A stretch of DNA of 64,000 nt. It comes from Thermoproteota archaeon (lineage in GTDB: Archaea; Korarchaeota; Korarchaeia; Korarchaeales; Korarchaeaceae). The stretch lies in contig JALSOH010000004.1 of the NCBI GenBank assembly GCA_026986575.1, positions 288,001-352,000 on the forward strand, in the 5' to 3' direction. The notes below the pieces were generated by a model. It had not been told where the DNA came from. It was given only the letters and a program-made list of their open reading frames with translations, and did no database searches. The position numbers and the translations under genes are program-made. This document shows, in pieces, positions 1 through 9,341 of this stretch; the stretch's first letter is position 1; the number at the start of each line of letters is the position of its first letter.

Positions 1-277
1 CCTCCCACAGGTTGAAGTTCTCCTTGGTGGGCTTGAGCGACCCATAGGAGTCATCCTTGGGAAGGCCTGTCTTACCCCATATCCTGCTTCTGGGATTATG
101 GGTGAATGCCATCCAGGCCTTTACAGTGAACTCGAAGTCTTTAGGAGCCTCCTCACGCCACCTCCTCAAGGTTTCAATCTTAGGCGGTTTGTAAAATGTC
201 TTCTGAACCTCTACCAACCTGAGTTTCTCATAATATCTCTTCCTAGAGACCTGAAATCCGCAGCAACCCACCTTCAC
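1..277 (-). CDS. DUF72 family protein (3' end outside window)
   Basis: Hand translation from GTG at 277: MKVGCCGFQVSRKRYYEKLRLVEVQKTFYKPP...WREEAPKDFEFTVKAW, typical DUF72 N-terminus; GTGA overlap with upstream stop. Confidence 0.85.
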   Translation of the reverse strand, partial: MKVGCCGFQVSRKRYYEKLRLVEVQKTFYKPPKIETLRRWREEAPKDFEFTVKAWMAFTHNPRSRIWGKTGLPKDDSYGSLKPTKENFNLWE

Positions 278-1359
278 GGTAGCAGATATCCCCATTTCTC
301 CACCATCGCCTCCACATCCTTATCCCTCCTGATTACTGATAAGAGGTTTTCACCTCTCATGAAGGAATCCAGCACCTCTCTTATGGATCTTACTCCAGCT
401 ATGATCCCTCTGGGGTGATCGTATATTCCTAGATCCCCATTGAGGATCACCTGCAGGTCCTCAGGAATATTGGCGATGGCTATCCCTTGGTGGACTTGGG
501 GGGAAGTTAACGGCATCGCAGCGCCCTTCCCGCTTCCAATGACCTCATCTAGCTCCCTAACGATCTCCAGATCCTCCCTCCTCCATGCCACGGATCTCTC
601 GATCAGATCAAAGCCGCTAGCTCTCAAGAGCTTGTAAGTGGCTTTAATTCCCAATCCTACCTCTCTAATGAAGCAGTTCACGCCCCTCGCTGCCAAGAAT
701 ATGTTGTCCATGAACTCGATCGCGAGCCTGAGCATCCCCAGATCCCAGCACAGATGGACGTAAAACCCCTTTATCCCCAAGGAGATGGCGCGCTCTAGAT
801 CTTCTGAGGATAAGGGGAGTCTCATGAAGTACAGTACTCGCTTACCTTCCTCCTCTTTTATCCTATCAGTGATTTCGACTATCTGATGAGCCCTATCTAG
901 GTAAGGAGAAACCTCTCTATCAGTTAAATTGAGGGGATCGAAGCCTACGTGGAGGCCGGCCTTGCACATCTCCCTAAATAATCTTGCATGCGAGAGGGGA
1001 TGCAAGACAACGTTTTTTCCCACCGAGGCCGCTACACCCGGACCTCTAAGCCCTAAGTACTTCTTCAATCCAGATTTGCCCGGGGTGGGAGACCTCACCC
1101 TGTCGAGAGGGAATTCAACCCCCTTCACCTCACAGATCGGGGGAAAATGCTCCAGCAGCGACTCTACAGCATAGTATACGGATGTGAGTAGGAGATCCCC
1201 TCCCACCAGTTCCTCAGGAAGATCGACAGTGTATCGGTACTTTCCTATCTCATCCAATTCAATCTTCGCCTCTACCTCCTCTTCTAAGTCTGCCGGTAAG
1301 GATGCCTTCCCCAAAGGCTTTTTACACTCTAGTTCCAAGATCAAGACCTTTTCACCCAC
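274..1359 (-). CDS. RuBisCO large subunit-like protein, catalytically degenerate
   Basis: Collinear with RbcL/RLP (AGLHVGFDPLNLTD ~ GGLDFIKDDENLT; GIYDHPRGIIAGVRSIRE ~ GIHGHPDGxxAGARAxRQ) but the KDDE motif is absent. Confidence 0.75.
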   Translation of the reverse strand: MGEKVLILELECKKPLGKASLPADLEEEVEAKIELDEIGKYRYTVDLPEELVGGDLLLTSVYYAVESLLEHFPPICEVKGVEFPLDRVRSPTPGKSGLKKYLGLRGPGVAASVGKNVVLHPLSHARLFREMCKAGLHVGFDPLNLTDREVSPYLDRAHQIVEITDRIKEEEGKRVLYFMRLPLSSEDLERAISLGIKGFYVHLCWDLGMLRLAIEFMDNIFLAARGVNCFIREVGLGIKATYKLLRASGFDLIERSVAWRREDLEIVRELDEVIGSGKGAAMPLTSPQVHQGIAIANIPEDLQVILNGDLGIYDHPRGIIAGVRSIREVLDSFMRGENLLSVIRRDKDVEAMVEKWGYLLP

Positions 1360-1411
1360 ATCTGGTCGTCACCCGGGGTTCTCTTAAATGATTCCGGTGT
1401 GAGTATGTCCG

Positions 1412-2647
1412 ATGCCAGAAGAAGTGGAAATACCTAAGGGTGAAGGGGTATTAGTGAGGTCACCAGCATCTATTAAACTCCTAAGCGGCAATATTGAGGT
1501 CTGGGGCGCCGAGTTCAATGAGATAGCAGTTCAGATGGACGGTGTTGAGCTACTAGTCACATCTTCCACTGACTCGAAAGTGGTTGTAGATGGGCACTAC
1601 GTGAAGTTGGAGAGCCCCATTCCGGACTGGTGGAGGGAGCTTCCTGAAATTGTGATGGACAAGAAGACCATGTTTATAGGCAGAGTTGACTCGGGCAAGA
1701 GCTCCACAATAGTTTTTACGATCAACAAGATAGTGAGAGGGGGTAGCACGGTCTCCATCATCGATTCAGACGTTGGCCAGTCAGATCTGGGACCGCCCGG
1801 GGTGATTTCCAGCAAGGATGTGGAAAAACCAGTAGCCCACACCAAGTTACTGGAACCGGACTTCATGTACTTCATCGGCGACAAAACACCAAGTGGCCAC
1901 TTCCTTCCAATGGTGAAGGGGCTCCTCAATGCCTTAGATAGGTCCAGGAGCAGGACCGTCCTGATAAACACAACGGGCTTCGTGGATGGAGGAGCGGCTA
2001 GGGCTCTGAAGAGGTTCAAAGTAGAGTTCTTGGATCCGGATATCTTGGTACTGATAGAGAAGGAAGAGGGAGACTTGGATCACATAGCTAAGATGGTTCC
2101 TAGGGATGTAAAGGTCCTGAAAGTCAGATCTCCCGTGAGAGATCTGACCAAAAGTAGGAATTACAGGATCGCTGTCAGGAGGGCCCTCCTGAGGAGGTAC
2201 CTATCTGGCGCCACTACGAGAAAGCTCGACCTCCGAGGAATCGAGCTGACGAACACGTTCCTAACGACAGGCAGGGCGAAAGACGAGTACATCCCATTCT
2301 TAGAGCGTATCTTGGGGGTGAGAGTGCGGTGGATGGAGGAGTCTCCCGACATGCTCATAGCGATCACGGAAGGCGAGGTCGACAGGAGGAAAATCGCAAC
2401 GCTCTCAGATCTCCTGAACAAAGAGGTGAGGGTGGGCCCAATGGATGTGTACAAGGGGCTCTACGTGGGTCTCATTCAAGGGAGAGAATGCAAGAGTGTC
2501 GGCATAATACAATCGATGGACATTAAGGAGGGTTGGATGAACATCTTAACCAAGTACGAGGGACCGGTAGATGGAATCGCACTGGGATACATCAGGTTTA
2601 ATGCTGAGGGCGAGGAACTCGGCTCAAGGGGGATGAACCTTCCATGA
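1412..2647 (+). CDS. Clp1/Nol9(Grc3)-family polynucleotide 5'-kinase
   Basis: Walker A GRVDSGKS, DSDVGQSDLGPPG, INTTGFV motifs. Confidence 0.85.
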   Translation: MPEEVEIPKGEGVLVRSPASIKLLSGNIEVWGAEFNEIAVQMDGVELLVTSSTDSKVVVDGHYVKLESPIPDWWRELPEIVMDKKTMFIGRVDSGKSSTIVFTINKIVRGGSTVSIIDSDVGQSDLGPPGVISSKDVEKPVAHTKLLEPDFMYFIGDKTPSGHFLPMVKGLLNALDRSRSRTVLINTTGFVDGGAARALKRFKVEFLDPDILVLIEKEEGDLDHIAKMVPRDVKVLKVRSPVRDLTKSRNYRIAVRRALLRRYLSGATTRKLDLRGIELTNTFLTTGRAKDEYIPFLERILGVRVRWMEESPDMLIAITEGEVDRRKIATLSDLLNKEVRVGPMDVYKGLYVGLIQGRECKSVGIIQSMDIKEGWMNILTKYEGPVDGIALGYIRFNAEGEELGSRGMNLP

Positions 2648-4029
2648 GCTCCTCCTACATAAAAAATCTGGATGAGCTTGTTGACAACGGAGCGACTAGG
2701 AGGGACAAGGACGCCAGAAGGGCCCTGCTACTGGCCTTCGATAAGGCGATCACGGCTGCCGACGCTTATAAAGCGGTATTCTCCAGATTCTCGGATCAGG
2801 AGATAATATTCGGTACTTCATCCGTCGATATAGGATCCTTTGAAGGCGTTTACGTGGTGGGAGCAGGAAAAGCTGGAAGCATGATGGCTAAAGCCGTGGA
2901 GGACAGGATAGGGGATCGCATATCGTCCGGTTGGGTCAATGTCCCCGCTAAGACCGAGAAAGCCGTTTCCCTCTCGAAGATCATGTTGAATCCAGCCGGT
3001 CACCCAATCCCCGATGAGGGTAGCCTGAAAGGGGCTAAAGAGATCTTAGATACAGCTAAAAGGGCGGGAGAAAGGGACCTAATCCTCTCCCTGATATCGG
3101 GCGGTGGCTCTGCTCTAATGGAATACCCCATGGAGGGTATCTCTTTGAACGACCTACGAGAGATGAACAGGTTGCTCGTACTTTCAGGGGCGGATATCAG
3201 GGAGATAAACGCCGTCAGGAAGCACGTATCTCAGATAAAGGGTGGTAGGCTCGCCAAGGCCGCCTATCCGGCTACTGTCGTATCGTTGATAATATCCGAC
3301 GTCATAGGAGATCCCTTAGATGTTATAGCCTCCGGCCCAACTGCACCCGATGAGACGACTTTCGAGGACGCTTGGCAGGTGCTTGAAAACTATTCACTCA
3401 TCGATAAAATGCCGGAGTCCGTGATAAAAGTGCTGAAGCGCGGGTTAAAGGGTGAGATACCGGAGACCCCTAAGCCGGGCGACGAGGTATTCGATAGGGT
3501 CATGAACGTTATAGTGGCCAATAATCTGAAGGCCGTCCAGGCAGCTGAGAGGGCGCTGGTTGAGATGGGCTATAACGTGCTAGTGCTCGGCTCTAGGGCA
3601 CAAGGGGAGGCCAGACACATAGGTAAGTTTCTGGCAGGCCTTGCAGTCTCCATAGCGAAGGAGGGGCTGCCTCTCACCCCGCCTGCAGCCGTCATCTTGG
3701 GTGGAGAGACCACTGTGAAGGTGACTGGGCAGGGAATTGGAGGTAGGAATCAAGAACTGGTTTTAGGAGGGATCCCAACGATATCAGGTCTCGAGGGGGT
3801 CGTGCTGGGATCTGTGGGGACTGATGGAGTAGACGGAGTGTCTGACGCAGCGGGAGCGATAGCTGACGGCCGGACTTTGGAAAGAGCTCTCTCAGAAGGA
3901 CTGAGACCGGAGGTTTTCCTGAAAAATAACGACTCTCACACGTTCTTCTCGTGGCTCGGTGATGCTATCTTCACTGGTCCCACTATGACCAATGTGATGG
4001 ATGTTATGGGCTTGGTGGTTCAAGAGTGA
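2644..4029 (+). CDS. gck: Glycerate 2-kinase (MOFRL family)
   Basis: GAGKA, GHPIPD, LISGGGSAL, IASGPT, GGETTV, GGRNQE, TGPTMTNV. Confidence 0.93.
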   Translation: MSSSYIKNLDELVDNGATRRDKDARRALLLAFDKAITAADAYKAVFSRFSDQEIIFGTSSVDIGSFEGVYVVGAGKAGSMMAKAVEDRIGDRISSGWVNVPAKTEKAVSLSKIMLNPAGHPIPDEGSLKGAKEILDTAKRAGERDLILSLISGGGSALMEYPMEGISLNDLREMNRLLVLSGADIREINAVRKHVSQIKGGRLAKAAYPATVVSLIISDVIGDPLDVIASGPTAPDETTFEDAWQVLENYSLIDKMPESVIKVLKRGLKGEIPETPKPGDEVFDRVMNVIVANNLKAVQAAERALVEMGYNVLVLGSRAQGEARHIGKFLAGLAVSIAKEGLPLTPPAAVILGGETTVKVTGQGIGGRNQELVLGGIPTISGLEGVVLGSVGTDGVDGVSDAAGAIADGRTLERALSEGLRPEVFLKNNDSHTFFSWLGDAIFTGPTMTNVMDVMGLVVQE

Positions 4030-4092
4030 AGCCTTCAACAATGATTTTTAAGTGGGGAAATCCCACCTATCTAGCGAATCCGTGGGGATAAC

Positions 4093-4401
4093 ATGCCGAG
4101 AAGGAACCCGAAAGGGAACGACTCCTCCCGAGGTTGGAAGGGGAGACTGGGCAGGAAGGCTAAGGGAAGCTTGTATGTGACCAGATTCGACAAGCCGGAG
4201 GAGAGATCCTCCTCTCTAAAGCCTGGGGACTTAATAGAAGTGCTGGTCCAGTCCGTCAACAGGAGGGGCGAGGGAGAAGGGATCTACAGGGGCAGACCCG
4301 TGGTGATAGTAGGCGCCGCAGACCCAGGAATCACCGTAACAGCTAGGGTAAGGAAGATCTCTGGTGGTAAGATAATAGCTGAGATGGTAGAAGTCCACTG
4401 A
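4093..4401 (+). CDS. TRAM-domain RNA-binding protein with basic N-terminal extension
   Basis: C-terminal LKPGDLIEVLVQSVNRRGEG...VVIVGA..PG TRAM pattern. Confidence 0.75.
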   Translation: MPRRNPKGNDSSRGWKGRLGRKAKGSLYVTRFDKPEERSSSLKPGDLIEVLVQSVNRRGEGEGIYRGRPVVIVGAADPGITVTARVRKISGGKIIAEMVEVH

Positions 4402-4402
4402 G

Positions 4403-5137
4403 ATGAACAGCGAAGACAGAACATTATCCAGTCTGGAGAGGCTTCTAAGAGAGTTGGGTCTCTCCTCGTACGAATCCAAGGCATTAGCTTATCTCGCCCT
4501 CTCTAGGGAACAGGTTAAGGCTAGCGATTTGAGCAAGGCTACAGGAATACCCAGAACCAAGGTGTATGCGGTCTTGGAATCCCTAGAAGACCTAGGCTTA
4601 GTGAAAGTGTTTCCCACTAGGCCGTTGAGGGCATCATCTCCTCCTCCCGAGCTTTTACCAACTCTACTCTCCGAGATGGTGGTAGAGGAAGCCCTCAGAA
4701 AGCTCTCGTTACTCAAGAAGATGTTCAAGATAGAGTTCAGCGAGGGCCTCTGGGTCCTCGGAGAGATCACCCTGCCAGTGGGAGGTAGGAACACCATAAG
4801 AAGGGTCTCCAACGTTCTGCTGAGGGATTTCAAAGACTTCCTTATTTTGGTAACCAATGGGGAAGGGGTAGAATTCGTACCCTTTGGTCTGAGGTGCAGG
4901 AACGTAAGCTTGGTTGTGGATAGTCCGGACACCTATGAGAAGCTGAGGAACAGGGGTCTCGGAACAAGAAGCGTCAGAATGGCAAATCCAGGACTCTTCG
5001 CGTTTGTCACCGAGAAATCAGGTCTTATATCCGATGAAAATATGATGAACGGATTTATCTCGACGGAACCAGGGCTAGTAAAGGCCCTCACGGTCCTTTT
5101 GAGGGCGCTATACCTGACCTCACCTGCTCTTAAATAA
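4403..5137 (+). CDS. TrmB-family transcriptional regulator
   Basis: LGLSSYESKA...ASDLSKATGIPRTKVYAVLESLEDLGLV HTH. Confidence 0.88.
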   Translation: MNSEDRTLSSLERLLRELGLSSYESKALAYLALSREQVKASDLSKATGIPRTKVYAVLESLEDLGLVKVFPTRPLRASSPPPELLPTLLSEMVVEEALRKLSLLKKMFKIEFSEGLWVLGEITLPVGGRNTIRRVSNVLLRDFKDFLILVTNGEGVEFVPFGLRCRNVSLVVDSPDTYEKLRNRGLGTRSVRMANPGLFAFVTEKSGLISDENMMNGFISTEPGLVKALTVLLRALYLTSPALK

Positions 5138-5175
5138 AGGTTAAATCCCAACCCGTCAACGTGTGGGGGGATGGG

Positions 5176-5547
5176 ATGGACCCTGAGGAGAAGGAGGGTT
5201 GTGATTGGGAGCTTGAATTGCTGCAACTAAACTCCTTGCTCGATCTCCTAAGGTTAGCAGCGGCATCCAACTCCATTACAGTCCTGCTAGAGTTCAGGAG
5301 TGAGTCACTTGGAAAGAGGGTGATAGGTACCTTCGCGAACAACTACGGGGCTACGAAACCAGACATATTCTCCTACGTCCTCTATGAAGATGAGGATGAA
5401 GGAAGTTTCCTAGTATACAAAGCTGATGAGACGGGAGAGCAGTACAATTTCTCTAACGGAATTTCTCCGGCTGGCAGCATGGCCTTCCCCTTGGTGAAGC
5501 TCCCAAAGGAACCTAAATGGTTTTCAGAGAGGTTCTCCGATGAGTAG
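5176..5547 (+). CDS. Hypothetical protein
   Basis: ORF with G-rich SD, overlaps next gene; no family recognised. Confidence 0.6.
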   Translation: MDPEEKEGCDWELELLQLNSLLDLLRLAAASNSITVLLEFRSESLGKRVIGTFANNYGATKPDIFSYVLYEDEDEGSFLVYKADETGEQYNFSNGISPAGSMAFPLVKLPKEPKWFSERFSDE

Positions 5548-5905
5548 GAGTAGGCTTCCCCTCGCAGCGCTTGTTTCTCTGGGCCTAATCTCAATAATAG
5601 CCGTTTCCCTCTCATACATCTCAGTCTCTTCGCTTAGGACAGATGTCGCTGGAAGCCTCTCCTGCATCGGTGAGGAGGCGATCTTAGAGGTGGTGAATAG
5701 GGGCGGGAGGATCACAGTCTACTACGTGAGCGTGATAAAGGGGGATCGTGTGGTGGAGCTTAGACGGGTGAATACGGTTCTAGACGAGGGCAAAGCCCTA
5801 AACCTGCGGTTAGAACTTCCTAAGGGTTCTAAAGTATCCATACTGCTGGATAAGGGGGTCATTCCGAACCTGTCTTGTGGGGAGAGAGGGCGCTCCCAGC
5901 CGTGA
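5540..5905 (+). CDS. Small membrane-anchored/secreted protein (possibly pilin-like)
   Basis: Basic N-terminus, one hydrophobic helix, beta-rich C-terminus. Confidence 0.55.
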   Translation: MSRSRLPLAALVSLGLISIIAVSLSYISVSSLRTDVAGSLSCIGEEAILEVVNRGGRITVYYVSVIKGDRVVELRRVNTVLDEGKALNLRLELPKGSKVSILLDKGVIPNLSCGERGRSQP

Positions 5906-5937
5906 AATAGTTTTATTCGATGAGTTCCTTACTGAGA

Positions 5938-6011
5938 GGGGCCGTGGTCTAGCTTGGTAGGATGCCGGCCTTGGGAGCCGGAGGTCCCGGGTTCAAATCC
6001 CGGCGGCCCCA
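5938..6011 (+). tRNA. tRNA-Pro(TGG), no intron, CCA not encoded
   Basis: GGGGCCG/CGGCCCC acceptor stem, CCGGC-CT-TGG-GA-GCCGG anticodon arm, GTTCAAATC T loop. Confidence 0.97.
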
Positions 6012-6023
6012 TTTACGGGGATC

Positions 6024-6224
6024 ATGATGACAGTAAAGGTTTTCACCAAAAGAGGCCTGCTCAAGTTCCTGTCGTCCTACTTAGAGGATGCTGTTTACTC
6101 GGTTGAGATCGGAGAGAACAGCATCTCGATTCGTCGAGTCTCTCCAGTGACTGAAGGAACCTTGGGAATGAAACTGGACGATGAGACGGTTAATTACCTA
6201 ATCTCGAGGGGGGCAACCCTTTGA
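6024..6224 (+). CDS. Putative antitoxin (VapB-like)
   Basis: 66 aa ORF with 4-nt overlap on the PIN gene; assignment from position only. Confidence 0.55.
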   Translation: MMTVKVFTKRGLLKFLSSYLEDAVYSVEIGENSISIRRVSPVTEGTLGMKLDDETVNYLISRGATL

Positions 6225-6610
6225 GGGCCGTGGTGGATACCAACGTGCTGATCCATGCCTACTTCAGTGATGCGGAGAGACACGACGAAGCTAGGAAACT
6301 TCTCATCTCATTGGACAAGTGGATAATTCCCTTCGTAGTCGTGGTGGAACTGTTCTGGTTCAGCAGAGGAGCCGGTCTCGATGCTAAAAGGACAAGGGAT
6401 TTGATACTGACGTATCTAGCGGATAAACGGGCTGAGTTGGCGTATAACGAGCTGGATGAGATCTTCGATTCCCTAGTATGCGAGGATCCATTGGACTGGG
6501 AGGATGAGCTCATACTATCCATAGCTGAGAGGGAAGGCGTTCCCCTAGCTACGTTCGATGGCAAGATGAGAGATAAGGCGGGAGGAAGGGGCATCCTAGT
6601 TATTCCATGA
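6221..6610 (+). CDS. vapC: PIN-domain ribonuclease (VapC toxin)
   Basis: VVDTNVL, VVVEL, DWEDELI, LATFD acidic PIN motifs. Confidence 0.9.
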   Translation: MRAVVDTNVLIHAYFSDAERHDEARKLLISLDKWIIPFVVVVELFWFSRGAGLDAKRTRDLILTYLADKRAELAYNELDEIFDSLVCEDPLDWEDELILSIAEREGVPLATFDGKMRDKAGGRGILVIP

Positions 6611-6616
6611 GTGAAT

Positions 6617-6728
6617 TGGTGCCGGGGCCGGGATTTGAACCCGGGACCCCCGGATTTCCCAGCGGGAGCACCGTGGGCCCGACTCAACTTATGAGTCCGG
6701 TGCTCTAACCAGGCTGAGCTACCCCGGC
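6617..6728 (-). tRNA. tRNA-Met(CAT), elongator type, 34-nt intron at 37/38 (6656-6689), CCA encoded
   Basis: GCCGGGG/CCCCGGC-ACCA; CCGGA-CT-CAT-A|intron|A-TCCGG; CUCA/UGGG central helix of a BHB motif. Confidence 0.93.
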
Positions 6729-6816
6729 TCCAGTGGAGTGGATGGATCACCGCACTAATAAAAATTGACCCTCACCATTGACGCGATTCACACGTACGAT
6801 CATTCACATTCACAGG

Positions 6817-6894
6817 GGCCCACGCTCGGTGTGAGCTGGGAACTCCATCTCCGCTAAGGATTCGTTGATGTTCGCTCTCCTCATCGCGTGGGCC
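6817..6894 (-). ncRNA. Candidate box C/D-like guide sRNA (23S peptidyl-transferase region)
   Basis: 9-bp terminal stem GGCCCACGC/GCGTGGGCC, variant boxes GCGATGA and CCGA, upstream TATA-like CTTAAAAA, segments antisense to conserved 23S motifs UGUUCGC and GUGAGCUGGG. Confidence 0.55.
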
Positions 6895-6967
6895 ATGTAG
6901 GATTGGGCTCTCTGGATTTTTAAGGTTATGGAGATATTTTTAACGCATAAGCGAGTCGTACAACTCG

Positions 6968-7690
6968 GTGATGGGCGTGGGCTTCGAAATATCTGAAGAG
7001 TTTGAAGAGGAAATCCCCTACTCACTCACCGATTACCTCCTTCAACCAATGAAGCTAGCCTCATCTGTCTTCAGGGCGCTGGTGATTAGGCCGAAGCTCA
7101 AGTACTGGTTAGTGGCCCTACTGATGGGCTCCGCTTTCACTGGCTTGGGCATGTGGATGGTATTTCAGAAGATAGAGATCAACTTGGTGGGCGGAGGGAA
7201 CATACCGGAGGAGGCCTTAGAGGCGGCCAAGGAGATGATGAACGTATTCATGAAGAATCCGGCAATCATCTACTTAGAAGCCCTTCTTTCGGAGCTCTTC
7301 ATACAGTTAGTAACTGCAGTGGTCCTCTTCGTGCTAGTAAAGCTCATGTCGGGCGAGGGAGGTTTCTCCTCATCGCTGATGGTGGCGGGCCTTAAGAACA
7401 TACCTTCGATACTCTCAGGGCTCCTGATGGCATACATAGGCTATATCATGCCCCCCGTGAGATGGGAGATAGACCTCTCCACCGGGAACGTAGGAGGGTT
7501 CGGTGGGGGAATGCCCCAAGGCCTTGAGGTACAACAGCAAGCCATAAACCTGCTGGTCTCCCTGTGGATGGTAGTTATCGTTTATTTGGCTTGCAGGTAT
7601 GGGTTCAAGATGAACAAGGGAAGATCTCTGCTTATCACGGTCATACTATGGGTAGTCCTCAACTTCACAGTATTCCTGAGTCTCCTGTAG
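6968..7690 (+). CDS. Yip1-family membrane protein
   Basis: About 5 TM helices, Yip1-like LLQP..VF start and GEGGF loop. Confidence 0.7.
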   Translation: MMGVGFEISEEFEEEIPYSLTDYLLQPMKLASSVFRALVIRPKLKYWLVALLMGSAFTGLGMWMVFQKIEINLVGGGNIPEEALEAAKEMMNVFMKNPAIIYLEALLSELFIQLVTAVVLFVLVKLMSGEGGFSSSLMVAGLKNIPSILSGLLMAYIGYIMPPVRWEIDLSTGNVGGFGGGMPQGLEVQQQAINLLVSLWMVVIVYLACRYGFKMNKGRSLLITVILWVVLNFTVFLSLL

Positions 7691-7703
7691 TCTAACCTTA
7701 CCT

Positions 7704-8528
7704 TCACTCCTCTCTATTTATCGAATAAAGGGCCAGATCCCTAAGCAGGTCTCTCTGGGTGGTATTCTCCAGTACCTCCAACCTCTCTATGGCTTCAGCG
7801 GCTAGACTGTTGGCCATCTCCTCCAAGAGCTCCTTCAATCCCTCCTCCTTAAGAAGAGAGGTAAGTTCCCCTGGAGACCCCCAGTCCAATAGATCGTCCT
7901 TTATCTGGTAAGCCATTCCCATATAGAGCCCGTATAAACCTAGGTCATCCGAGATATCGGGCCTACCGGCAATAACAGCGCCCAACGATGTGGCTGCCTC
8001 GAAAAGGACAGCGGTCTTGTACTTGAGTATCTCCAAGTACTCATCCAAGGAGAGGGGATTCTTGGCCTCTAACACTTGTACTTCCCTCATCTCCCCCACA
8101 GACATGAGCTTAGATGCTTTAGATAGGATTTCACCCACTCTTCTGTCTTCATACATGCTCGCTATATCTAGAACCAGCGATAGTATGAAGTCAGCCACGA
8201 GGATGGACATCTCGAACCCGTACTTCAGGTGGAAGGAGAACTCCCCTCTCCTCTGAGTGCTTCTGTCTATTATATCGTCGTGTATCAGGGAAGCCGCGTG
8301 TATGAGCTCTATTGCGGCAGCCGCGGGACCCGGATTTCCACCTCCACCACAGGCATCATGGACGATCAGGAGGAGAGCAGGCCTTACCTTTTTCCCTCCG
8401 CTCAGGAATTCCTTTAAGGGAAGGAAGAAAGGGGTATTCGACTCTTTATCCAATATCTCGTCGATAGCAATTCTAGCCTCGCTGACGTAGTGTTCCAGCG
8501 ATGATTTTATGCGGTCCTTTAACGCTAT
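7704..8528 (-). CDS. Polyprenyl diphosphate synthase (probable ATA start)
   Basis: GGKKVRP, LIHDDIID, KTAVLF, QIKDDLLD; frame extends 25 codons beyond the track start to ATA behind AGGTGA SD. Confidence 0.9.
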   Translation of the reverse strand: MALKDRIKSSLEHYVSEARIAIDEILDKESNTPFFLPLKEFLSGGKKVRPALLLIVHDACGGGGNPGPAAAAIELIHAASLIHDDIIDRSTQRRGEFSFHLKYGFEMSILVADFILSLVLDIASMYEDRRVGEILSKASKLMSVGEMREVQVLEAKNPLSLDEYLEILKYKTAVLFEAATSLGAVIAGRPDISDDLGLYGLYMGMAYQIKDDLLDWGSPGELTSLLKEEGLKELLEEMANSLAAEAIERLEVLENTTQRDLLRDLALYSINREE

Positions 8529-8557
8529 GCGCGCTCACCTCAATAGTGGCTGCCGCG

Positions 8558-9301
8558 TCACTCCTCTAAAATAATGCTCCTCCTCTTGACCACCTTCTCG
8601 GGGTGCACAACTATTCCATTATCCGTAATCTCGAAGGGATGCCTCCTCATGGAGTGGGCGGTCCCCCTCATCTTCCATATTATGAGGCTCCTGACGAGCT
8701 CGCCATCCCACTCATCCAAGTCCAGTCTGATGATACCATCGGCTGCATGCTCGACTCCAGGGCCGCCGAACCCCCTCTCAGTGACCCCCACTTGGCTAAT
8801 CAGGATGGATGTAGTTCCCGTTCCCGATAACACCTTCTTCAGGAGGAGGACGGTTTTCCTCGCCACCACGGGCTTAGTCAGGTAGAGCGCGGTCACCGAA
8901 TCCACAACGACTCTAACAGCCCCTACCTCACTGATAGCGGCCTTCATTTCGTCTATGAGACTGTGGACATCCTCCGGGTCGGTAACAACGTACTTCTCCC
9001 TCTTGGCCGCTCCCCCTATGCCACCTGTGTATGCATCCACTATAGCGAACCTGCCCGCCTCCTCGTAAGGCCTAGGATCCCACCCGAATGCGGACATGTT
9101 AATCCTGACCTGCACCGGATGCTCCTCCAGAGCCACATAGACACCAGCCTCTCCATTCTTCAATCCATTGTACAGGTACTGCATCCCGAAGATCGTCTTT
9201 CCCGTTCCTGGCCCGCCTGAAAGGAGCACGACGTTCCTCTCAGGTATGCCTCCATTGAGGAGCTCATCCATGCCGGGTATGCCAGTCTTTACCCTCCTCA
9301 T
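8558..9301 (-). CDS. Single-domain KaiC/RecA-superfamily ATPase
   Basis: [31 protein letters not shown]. Confidence 0.92.
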   Translation of the reverse strand: MRRVKTGIPGMDELLNGGIPERNVVLLSGGPGTGKTIFGMQYLYNGLKNGEAGVYVALEEHPVQVRINMSAFGWDPRPYEEAGRFAIVDAYTGGIGGAAKREKYVVTDPEDVHSLIDEMKAAISEVGAVRVVVDSVTALYLTKPVVARKTVLLLKKVLSGTGTTSILISQVGVTERGFGGPGVEHAADGIIRLDLDEWDGELVRSLIIWKMRGTAHSMRRHPFEITDNGIVVHPEKVVKRRSIILEE

Positions 9302-9341
9302 AAGCTCACCCGATTCTAACTACCTTTAAAGTAAGTTAATA

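Noticed and set aside
5918-5936. CGATGA...CTGA K-turn-like motif before tRNA-Pro
   Set aside because: Lies between the TATA box and the expected TSS, so is unlikely to be transcribed.
6012-6616. vapBC as an integrated mobile element at a tRNA
   Set aside because: No integrase, no duplicated tRNA 3' end and no terminal repeats.
6780-6815. Three ATTCAC repeats
   Set aside because: Too short and irregular for a CRISPR array or a confident operator.
8558-9301. KaiC as a circadian clock gene
   Set aside because: Single-domain archaeal KaiC-like ATPase with no kaiA/kaiB; these are common.
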